DNA of 64,000 nt. Source: Calditrichia bacterium. GTDB taxonomy: Bacteria; Calditrichota; Calditrichia; JAJRVZ01. Under the pieces are notes generated by a model, which saw only the letters and a list, made by a program, of their open reading frames with translations, made no database searches and was not told the origin of the DNA. The DNA lies in contig CAWCNS010000009.1 in the NCBI GenBank assembly GCA_963796965.1, positions 320,001 through 384,000 on the forward strand. Direction: 5' to 3'. The translations under genes and the position numbers were made by a program. Positions 56,305 through 64,000 of the stretch are shown in pieces (position 1 is the first letter of the stretch; each line of letters begins with the position of its first letter).

Positions 56305-58173
56305 ATGATTAAACCTATCGTTGTAATTGGAACATGTTTATTTGTATTACTCAGTTTTCAATCTTCCTACAGCACGGATACTGATGAACGACCCAATATT
56401 CTATGGCTGGTAAGTGAAGATAACTCGCCTTTTTTGGGATGTTATGGGGATAAGAATGCGATAACCCCCAATTTGGATAAGTTAGCTGATAAAGGCATTA
56501 CCTATGACAATGCTTTTGCAAATGCTCCTGTCTGTGCTCCTATGAGAAATTCAATAATAACGGGTGTCTTTGCCAGCACTACTGGGTGCCAAAATATGCG
56601 CAGCAAAAATCCGCTTCCAAAACACATTAAATTCTTTCCTGAGTATCTTCGGGAAGCTGGCTATTATTGTACTAATAATGCCAAAGAAGATTATAATACA
56701 ATTAATACCAGCACTATCTGGGATGAGTCCAGCAGAAATGCCCATTACAATAATCGGAAAGAGGGACAACCTTTCTTTGCCATATTCAACACCAATCTAA
56801 GTCATGAACATAAAATTCATTATACAAGTTTAATTGACAAAGATAAGCTGCAACATGATCCCACAGAAATGGTACTCGCCCCTTACCATCCCGATTTGTC
56901 GGAAATAAGACAATGCTATGCCAATTACTATGATTATGTCACCCGCATGGATGCATGGATTGGGGAGAAATTAAAAGAAATAGAGGATAATGATCTCTCC
57001 GAAAATACAATTGTATTTTATTATTCCGATCATGGCGGGGTGTTGCCCCGAAGCAAACGCTTTATCTATGAGTCAGGCACAAAAATTCCCTTTATCATCC
57101 GATTTCCAGAAAAATATAAACATCTTGCACCCGGGATTTCAGGTAGTCGCGAGGATCGACTGATCAGTTTGGTTGATCTTGCCCCGACAATGCTCAATCT
57201 AACAGGAATTCAGATTCCTGGATATATGTCAGGTAAAGCATTTTTAGGTGCCCAAAAGGTTAAGAAACCCGAATATGTTCATTTTTTCCGTCAAAGGATG
57301 GATGAACGCTACGACATGATGCGCGCGGTGCGGGACAAAAAGTTCAGATATATTCGCAATTATATGCCACATAGAAAATACGGTTTGCATCTCGCCTATC
57401 TTTGGCGCTCCACGGCAACACGCGCCTGGGAGGAAGCCTATTACGGAGGAGAATGTAATGATATACAAGCCCGTTTTTGGGGATATAAAGAGCCCGAAGA
57501 ACTATATGCTATAGACACAGATCCACATAATGTAAATAATCTGGCCCATGATTCTGAATATATGAGTGTATTGAAAAGAATGCGGGATGAAACCAAGCGC
57601 TGGGTTCGGGAAAATAAAGATGCCGGTTTTCTGCCGGAAGGAATGATGACAGACAGAGCCGGTGAAAATACAATTTTTTCTCTGACTCACGATCCCAAAT
57701 TTCCCATGGAACGAATTATCGAGACAGCAGAAATGGCATCGATGAGGGATGGCAAACATCTGGCTGAACTTATCAAACGATTATCGGATGATGAGCCTGC
57801 CGTCAGATATTGGGCAGCAACGGGTTGTGCCATTCTGGGTGAGGAGGCCAAAATGGCCTTGCTTAAATTGAAGGTTCTGCTTAAGGATCCGTTTGCTGAC
57901 ATTAGAATCACTTCTGCCGAAGCCTTATGCAAAATGGGATATAAGGAAGAATCCCTGGACTTGCTTGTTGCTGAAATGAAAAATAAAAACCCAAGCATTC
58001 AACTTCATGCCTTAAATGTCCTGGACGCATTAGAAGAGGACACAAAAGCCGTTTTAAACGATATCATGTCAGGTGTTCCGGGGCGTATAGAAACGGATAA
58101 TTACTTCCACAGAGCCCATACCCAACTTATAAAAAAATTAAAGCCAGGCTGGGAGGATTATATTAGCTGGTAA
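56305..58173 (+). CDS. Secreted Cys-type sulfatase with C-terminal HEAT repeats
   Basis: RPNILWLVSED, CAPMR (CxPxR) and SDHG motifs, with HEAT segment LSDDEPAVRYWAA. Confidence 0.92.
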   Translation: MIKPIVVIGTCLFVLLSFQSSYSTDTDERPNILWLVSEDNSPFLGCYGDKNAITPNLDKLADKGITYDNAFANAPVCAPMRNSIITGVFASTTGCQNMRSKNPLPKHIKFFPEYLREAGYYCTNNAKEDYNTINTSTIWDESSRNAHYNNRKEGQPFFAIFNTNLSHEHKIHYTSLIDKDKLQHDPTEMVLAPYHPDLSEIRQCYANYYDYVTRMDAWIGEKLKEIEDNDLSENTIVFYYSDHGGVLPRSKRFIYESGTKIPFIIRFPEKYKHLAPGISGSREDRLISLVDLAPTMLNLTGIQIPGYMSGKAFLGAQKVKKPEYVHFFRQRMDERYDMMRAVRDKKFRYIRNYMPHRKYGLHLAYLWRSTATRAWEEAYYGGECNDIQARFWGYKEPEELYAIDTDPHNVNNLAHDSEYMSVLKRMRDETKRWVRENKDAGFLPEGMMTDRAGENTIFSLTHDPKFPMERIIETAEMASMRDGKHLAELIKRLSDDEPAVRYWAATGCAILGEEAKMALLKLKVLLKDPFADIRITSAEALCKMGYKEESLDLLVAEMKNKNPSIQLHALNVLDALEEDTKAVLNDIMSGVPGRIETDNYFHRAHTQLIKKLKPGWEDYISW

Positions 58174-58570
58174 TTTTTGTATTTGCAGACCTAACCCAGA
58201 CGGCCTACTTTAATATTACTCAGCGATCATAGAAGAATTTCCCTAAATCTTTAATGGCGATTATCATAAGACTGAGAAAGCAGTATTACTATTCAAGATA
58301 GTTTCAATGTTTAAAAAAAACACTATTGAACTTGCTATTGATCACAATTCTTATATACTATATCCTATATAGTTATAGAACAGGGATATTGGTTCATTAA
58401 TTATAACGCTATCACTCCACCAGAAATCTGCAACCAAGAAATTATACTATAATATAGATAGTCTCTTATACCGATGGATCTGCTGCAGAAATTATGATAG
58501 TAGCGTTTCAATTTGAGAGAAGCATTCTTAATTGCCTTAAGGAAAGTTTAAAAAACTCAAAGGCTTTTTT

Positions 58571-58978
58571 ATGACGTCAAAAATATATACGACTAAAATC
58601 AAACAGAACAATACATCTCGTTTTTTATATTTAATATTCGGATTTATCCTTGTGGGAATTGGCGTTCTTGGCATTTTTCTACCCTTATTACCTACAGCCA
58701 TTTTTTTAATTATGGCGTCCGCTTGTTTTATGAGAAGCTCTCCCAAAGCTGCAGTGTGGCTTAAAGACAATAGATGGCTCGGAGGTTATGTTCGAAATTA
58801 TATAGATAAAACCGGTTTAACAATTACCTCAAAAATAATACATATTGTTATACTATGGGTCTCGATTGGGCTGTCTGCCTATTTTGTCGCAGAAAATAAT
58901 GTAATACGTATTTTGTTATTAGTCATTGCGATTGCTGTTTCTATTCACTTAATTATGATTAAAACCGCAAAGTATTGA
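58571..58978 (+). CDS. YbaN/DUF454-family inner-membrane protein
   Basis: IGVLGIFLPLLPTAIFLIMASACFMRSS. Confidence 0.88.
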   Translation: MTSKIYTTKIKQNNTSRFLYLIFGFILVGIGVLGIFLPLLPTAIFLIMASACFMRSSPKAAVWLKDNRWLGGYVRNYIDKTGLTITSKIIHIVILWVSIGLSAYFVAENNVIRILLLVIAIAVSIHLIMIKTAKY

Positions 58979-59062
58979 TCATAACAGACAAATACAGTTA
59001 CTATCTTAGGATTTTGTAATATAAACATGGCACTGTTAATCAAACTTTAAAAAGGGACATGG

Positions 59063-60211
59063 ATGCGTCCTGATTTCAGATTTCTAATTTTGTGTTTTGT
59101 ATTTTTACAGACAACATCACCCTGTTATTCGCAGGATTTTTTTTATTTTGGTCAATTATCCACCTGGCTTTCTGCCAATCAACAGACTGAAAAATTCGCA
59201 CAATTGGGTATCCGCTATATTCCTGCCCTTTCATTTTCAACACCGGTATCGAATAAATATTCTTTTGACATTGAAGCATCGGTAAAGGCTTTTGCGATTG
59301 GCTATTTTCAATCATCTTCAAAACCACTTAATGAGCAGGATATCTCACCTTACCGTCTCTGGACCCGATTTGCTGCTTCTCAGTATGAGCTGAGGCTGGG
59401 ACTACAGAAAATCAACTTCGGACCGGCCACTATTTTCAGACCATTAATGTGGTTTGATACGATCGATCCCCGCGATCCCTTGCAGATTACCAGTGGTGTG
59501 TATGGCGTTTTAGGTCGTTATTATTTTCTTAACAATACCAATATCTGGTTATGGGGCCTCCTTGGCAATGATGAACCCAAAGGATGGGAGTTTTATCCGA
59601 CAGCCAAATGGAAGCCGGAATTTGGCGGTCGCGTTCAGTTCCCTGTTTTTAATGGTGAGGCAGCCTTTTCTTATCATCATCGCCAAATAAATCTGGGTCC
59701 ACTCACCGCTATGATGCCTTTTGTTTTTGATACGCTGGTCGCTGAAAACCGTATTGCCTTTGATGGTAAGTGGGATATTGGCCTCGGATTTTGGGTTGAA
59801 GCGGTTCTTACGAATCACAAAAGTGATCTTTTGTTATATGAATGGGAGCAAGCTTTTAATATTGGGCTTGACTATACTTTTGACATCGGAAATGGTTTTA
59901 ATGTCTTAACAGAATATTTTATTCTTGAAAGCACCAATAAAATTCTACAATCTGGGGAAGGGATTAAACTTTCGGCACTATCGATGAACTATCCCTTGGG
60001 TCTGCTGGATACGATTTCAGGGCTCATTTATTTTGACTGGGAGACAAAAGATCTTTATCGCTTTTTGACCTTGAAACGAAATTATGACAATTGGAGTTTT
60101 TATCTGTTCACCTTCTGGAACCCTGATGAATATAAACTGGATATCAATTCCAGAGAAAGCAATCAATTCGCAGGAAAGGGAGTACAATTGATGGTAGTGT
60201 TCAATCATTAG
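59063..60211 (+). CDS. Putative outer-membrane beta-barrel protein associated with the ABC operon
   Basis: Signal peptide, LRLGLQKINFG..FRPL.WFD..DPRD, amphipathic strands. Confidence 0.65.
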   Translation: MRPDFRFLILCFVFLQTTSPCYSQDFFYFGQLSTWLSANQQTEKFAQLGIRYIPALSFSTPVSNKYSFDIEASVKAFAIGYFQSSSKPLNEQDISPYRLWTRFAASQYELRLGLQKINFGPATIFRPLMWFDTIDPRDPLQITSGVYGVLGRYYFLNNTNIWLWGLLGNDEPKGWEFYPTAKWKPEFGGRVQFPVFNGEAAFSYHHRQINLGPLTAMMPFVFDTLVAENRIAFDGKWDIGLGFWVEAVLTNHKSDLLLYEWEQAFNIGLDYTFDIGNGFNVLTEYFILESTNKILQSGEGIKLSALSMNYPLGLLDTISGLIYFDWETKDLYRFLTLKRNYDNWSFYLFTFWNPDEYKLDINSRESNQFAGKGVQLMVVFNH

Positions 60212-60244
60212 CGCTATTCGAAAAAACGGGAGGTTTACAATTCA

Positions 60245-60928
60245 ATGAAAGTGTCATTAATAATTAAACCAATGATTTTCGGCATCCTGGCGATTTGTCT
60301 GCTGGTTACTATATTACTGCTGATTGCAGGCCGTAGCAACTATTGGCAAGCCTGGATTTTCGGAGCTGTTAATATCGTAATAATGATCATTTTATTTTCA
60401 GTTTTTGCAGAGAAAATAGGGATTATACGCGAGCGGATGCATCCCGGTGTCGGCACCAAATGGTGGGACAAGGTTTTTTGGATGATTTACGGTCCGATGA
60501 ATTTGGCGATCATTACTGTCGCTGCTCTCGATGCCGGAAGATATCACTGGAGCCCGGGGTTTCCCCCAGCTGTATATGTTGTGGTTTATTTACTCTACCT
60601 TTTCGCAAACACAATTCATTTATGGGCTATTCTTTCCAACGATTTTTATACCAGCACCGTCCGTTTGCAGCATGAACGTGGACAGATAGTTATCGAATCC
60701 GGGCCCTATCGTCTTGTAAGACATCCTGGTTATCTGGGAATCTCGCTAATGTTGTTCTGTATTGCCCTGTTACTTGGTTCCCTCTGGGCGCTGGTACCCT
60801 TTAGTATCGTATTCTTATTACTGGTAACCAGAACGATATTGGAAGACAAAACACTTAAGAATGAATTACCTGGCTATTTAGAATATGCTCAAAAGACGCG
60901 TTATCGATTATTTCCTGGAATCTTATAG
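60245..60928 (+). CDS. Isoprenylcysteine carboxyl methyltransferase (Ste14/PEMT-like) membrane protein
   Basis: GPYRLVRHPGY and ED..L..ELPGYLEY...TRYRLFP motifs. Confidence 0.9.
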   Translation: MKVSLIIKPMIFGILAICLLVTILLLIAGRSNYWQAWIFGAVNIVIMIILFSVFAEKIGIIRERMHPGVGTKWWDKVFWMIYGPMNLAIITVAALDAGRYHWSPGFPPAVYVVVYLLYLFANTIHLWAILSNDFYTSTVRLQHERGQIVIESGPYRLVRHPGYLGISLMLFCIALLLGSLWALVPFSIVFLLLVTRTILEDKTLKNELPGYLEYAQKTRYRLFPGIL

Positions 60929-60997
60929 TAAAATGATCATTCAAAACAAAACTGAATTAAAAGACTAAAAAGCAGAAAGCAGAAAGCAGATATAAAG

Positions 60998-61705
60998 ATG
61001 AGCAATAATCCGCTAATCAAAACAGAAAATCTCTCTAAATTCTATTCCGTTGGATTGGAAAGCCTAATCGCTCTGGATAAGGTAAATCTTAATTTTGATA
61101 CGGCTGAATTTGTCGGTTTAGTAGGGCCCAGCGGTTCAGGTAAAACCACTTTGCTAAATATTATCGGCTCTCTGGACACGCCTTCTGATGGGGAAGCCTA
61201 CACACTAGGAGAAAAAATTTCCACCCTCTCTCATAAAAAAGCAGCAACCCTGCGTAGCGAGCATATAGGTTTTATTTTTCAAACATTTAATCTTCTACCG
61301 GTTTATACTGTCTTTGAAAATGTTGAATTTCCGCTCCTTCTTCGAGAAATCCCGGGAGATAAACGAAAAAAAATGGTCATGGATGCACTTGATTGGGTCG
61401 GTCTTGCTGACAGAGCACAGTCAAAACCTGCTCAATTATCGGGGGGTCAGAGCCAGCGTGTGGCGATTGCGCGAGCTGTGGTAAAAAAACCGGAAATTAT
61501 TCTCGCTGATGAACCAACCGCTAATCTGGACGCAAAAAACTCACATCATATTCTGCAAACGATGGTAAATCTGAACAAAGAACTTAATACAACCTTTATT
61601 TTTGCTACTCACGATGAAAAGGTTATCACGTATCTGAGGCGTAAAATTCAGCTGGTTGATGGTAAAGTCATGGCAGATGAAAAATGCACACCTGGTAACA
61701 AATGA
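60998..61705 (+). CDS. ABC transporter ATP-binding protein, LolD/MacB-like
   Basis: GPSGSGKT, LSGGQSQRVAIARA and ADEPTANLD motifs. Confidence 0.95.
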   Translation: MSNNPLIKTENLSKFYSVGLESLIALDKVNLNFDTAEFVGLVGPSGSGKTTLLNIIGSLDTPSDGEAYTLGEKISTLSHKKAATLRSEHIGFIFQTFNLLPVYTVFENVEFPLLLREIPGDKRKKMVMDALDWVGLADRAQSKPAQLSGGQSQRVAIARAVVKKPEIILADEPTANLDAKNSHHILQTMVNLNKELNTTFIFATHDEKVITYLRRKIQLVDGKVMADEKCTPGNK

Positions 61706-61717
61706 AAGAATTATGAA

Positions 61718-62887
61718 ATGATAATTAAACTTGCTTACCGAAATTTGCGCGGGGCGGGTTTGCGTACACTATTGAACGTCGTTGTTCTATCCATTGCCTT
61801 TGTGGCGATCATCCTGATCCAGGGATTACTGGAGGGAATGAACAAGCAAATTGCCGATGCTGTAACGGAAGCTGAATATGCAGGTGGCCATTATTGGCAA
61901 CAGAATTATGATCCATATAACCCATTCTCTCTCAAGAATGCCCACGCTGTCATCCCTGGTTATTTTCAGGAACAGATCGAAGAGGATCTTGCCACCCCGA
62001 TTTTGATTATTCAGGGTTCCATGTATCCCGAAGGACGCATCCGGCCGGTGATGATAAAGGGGATAGATCCCAAACAACAGATTGTTTCAGTCCCCGCTTA
62101 TTTTTTAGACCAGTCTAATACGGATCTGCCTTTACTTATCGGTAACCGTATGGCAAAAAGCAGCGGCCTTCAGATTGGTGATGTTGTAACGTTGCAATGG
62201 AGGGATGTTCACGGGGCAATTGATGCCCGTGAGGGTACTATTATCCAGATAATGAAGACATCTGTTCCGACCATTGACAATGGTCAAATCTGGATCCCAC
62301 TCGCACAACTGCAGAAACTAACCGATATGCCTGACCAGGCAACTATGATCATAATGAATAAAAATTTCAAACAGGCAGAAAGGATCCCTGGATGGATTTT
62401 CAGAGATCCTGGATATCTGCTCAAAGACCTGAATGAAATGATCGAATCAAAATCAGTCAGTTCCGGACTCTTTTATATTATCCTGCTTTTCCTGGCAATG
62501 TTAGCAATTTTTGATACCCAGGTGCTTTCGATCTTTCATCGGCGCAAGGAAATGGGTACCCTTATGGCAATGGGTTTGACACGCCTGAAACTCATAGTTT
62601 TATTTACCTTAGAAGGTGCATTAAACGGCGTAATGGCTGCGATTCTTGCTGCTCTTTACGGACTACCCTTATTCAGTTTCTTAAGTCATAGCGGCATCAA
62701 ATTGCCCGAAATCGCTGACAGCTATGGCTTCGCTATAGGCGAGAAACTATTTCCAGCCTATAGTTTCGGCCTTGTTCTCGGTACCACCCTGCTCGTACTG
62801 ATTATCACTACCATTGTCAGTTTTATCCCGACACGCCGGATTGCCCGGTTAAAGCCGACTGATGCTTTGAGGGGGAAAATGACATGA
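61718..62887 (+). CDS. ABC permease, FtsX/LolE-like
   Basis: N-terminal TM, periplasmic domain, RRKEMGTLMAMG, ends LKPTDALRG. Confidence 0.9.
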   Translation: MIIKLAYRNLRGAGLRTLLNVVVLSIAFVAIILIQGLLEGMNKQIADAVTEAEYAGGHYWQQNYDPYNPFSLKNAHAVIPGYFQEQIEEDLATPILIIQGSMYPEGRIRPVMIKGIDPKQQIVSVPAYFLDQSNTDLPLLIGNRMAKSSGLQIGDVVTLQWRDVHGAIDAREGTIIQIMKTSVPTIDNGQIWIPLAQLQKLTDMPDQATMIIMNKNFKQAERIPGWIFRDPGYLLKDLNEMIESKSVSSGLFYIILLFLAMLAIFDTQVLSIFHRRKEMGTLMAMGLTRLKLIVLFTLEGALNGVMAAILAALYGLPLFSFLSHSGIKLPEIADSYGFAIGEKLFPAYSFGLVLGTTLLVLIITTIVSFIPTRRIARLKPTDALRGKMT

Positions 62888-64000
62888 TACGCTTTTTATT
62901 TAAGGGATTGATCCGAGACCGTTCCCGCAGCCTTTTTCCTGTACTCACCGTCATGGCCGGGGTTATGCTCACGGTTGTGATGTACAGCTGGATCCAGGGG
63001 ACTGAGACAGACATGATCTCTTCTAATGCAAATTTTAATACCGGTCACGTCAAGATCATGTCCAGAGCCTATGCCAGAGAAGCAGAACAGATCCCAAATG
63101 ACCTGGCCCTGATCGATATTGATAAAATTCTGACCCACGTGGTTGAGGATTTTCCACAAATGGTCTGGACGCCAAGAATCCGTTTTGGCGGACTCCTGGA
63201 TGTACCTGATGAAAGAGGGGAAACAAAATCGCAGGGTCCGGTAGCCGGACTTGCCGTAGATTTGTTGTCAGAGACAAATATCGAAACGGAAATTCTAAAT
63301 CTTCAAAAAGCATTGGTCCGTGGGCGCCTGCCAAAGGCAAGTCATGAAATTCTGGTTGGTGACCAATTTGCTAAAAGTCTGGATCTGCAGATAAATCATA
63401 CCGCCACCCTGATCAGCGCAACGATGTATGGCAGTCAGACCACAGAAAACTTTACTGTCGTCGGAACTATACGTTTTGGCGTATCAGCCATGGATCGCGG
63501 CGCAATAATTGTTGATTTATCAGGGATCCAGCCTGGTTTGGATATGGAGAATGCCGCCGGAGAAATTCTGGGTTTTTATGAAGACTTTATGTATCGGGAT
63601 AATGAGGTTGATAACATAAAAAATACCTTTAATGCTGATTATTCCTTGCCCGATGATGAATTTTCACCACAAATGTTGTCCTTACGTGATCAGATGGGAT
63701 TGGCCCAGACACTTGAGATGGTCGATTACTTCTCGACCTTGCTGATTGGGATTTTTGTCTTTGTGATGTCCATTGTTTTATGGAATGCCGGCTTAATGGG
63801 TAGCCTGCGACGGTATGGTGAGATTGGTGTACGTCTTGCCATCGGTGAAGATAAGGGACATCTTTACCGTGCAATGATAATTGAATCAGTTTTGATTGGG
63901 TTAGTCGGATCAATGATCGGTACTGCCCTTGGGGTATTGTTCTCCTACTATCTTCAGATTCACGGTATCGATATATCATCAATGATGAAAAATGCCTCGA
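62884..64000 (+). CDS. Second FtsX/LolE-like ABC permease, 3' end outside the window
   Basis: ATGA overlap at 62884. MIRFLFKGLIRDRSRS...RRYGEIGVRLAIG, open to the end of the window. Confidence 0.88.
   Translation, partial: MIRFLFKGLIRDRSRSLFPVLTVMAGVMLTVVMYSWIQGTETDMISSNANFNTGHVKIMSRAYAREAEQIPNDLALIDIDKILTHVVEDFPQMVWTPRIRFGGLLDVPDERGETKSQGPVAGLAVDLLSETNIETEILNLQKALVRGRLPKASHEILVGDQFAKSLDLQINHTATLISATMYGSQTTENFTVVGTIRFGVSAMDRGAIIVDLSGIQPGLDMENAAGEILGFYEDFMYRDNEVDNIKNTFNADYSLPDDEFSPQMLSLRDQMGLAQTLEMVDYFSTLLIGIFVFVMSIVLWNAGLMGSLRRYGEIGVRLAIGEDKGHLYRAMIIESVLIGLVGSMIGTALGVLFSYYLQIHGIDISSMMKNAS

Noticed and set aside
58180..58570. Riboswitch or ncRNA in the long intergenic region
   Set aside because: It is AT-rich with only weak TACTATA..TATAG palindromes and no recognisable conserved RNA motif.

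Overview
Bacterial chromosomal window with AT-rich intergenic DNA. Three secreted proteins end in a QNYPNPFNPSTxI sorting domain, which suggests an FCB-type organism such as Calditrichota, KSB1 or Ignavibacteria (inference). Bases 1-27 kb hold secreted hydrolases (M6 metalloprotease, two six-hairpin-type glycosidases, GH59, a serine hydrolase, an S41 peptidase), a GlpT-type transporter, monomeric icd and a truncated REP-associated tyrosine transposase. Bases 27.6-37.2 kb hold a lipoprotein / GAF-sigma54 activator / Ser-Thr kinase-PEGA / TPR operon, followed by a sigma54 promoter and a large secreted repeat protein. Bases 37.5-55.1 kb are the most striking part: four related signalling modules, each pairing a regulator (one ECF/anti-sigma pair, two complete two-component systems, one decayed system) with its own secreted TPR + TolB-like beta-propeller protein. 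The two-component modules have module-specific direct-repeat boxes spaced 10-11 bp apart. Bases 55-64 kb hold a methyltransferase, a sulfatase and a LolCDE-like ABC operon. Intergenic DNA is full of empty palindromic or periodic repeat cassettes of several families. About 17 single-base frameshifts split otherwise intact genes and are most likely long-read assembly errors. No rRNA, tRNA or CRISPR array was seen.
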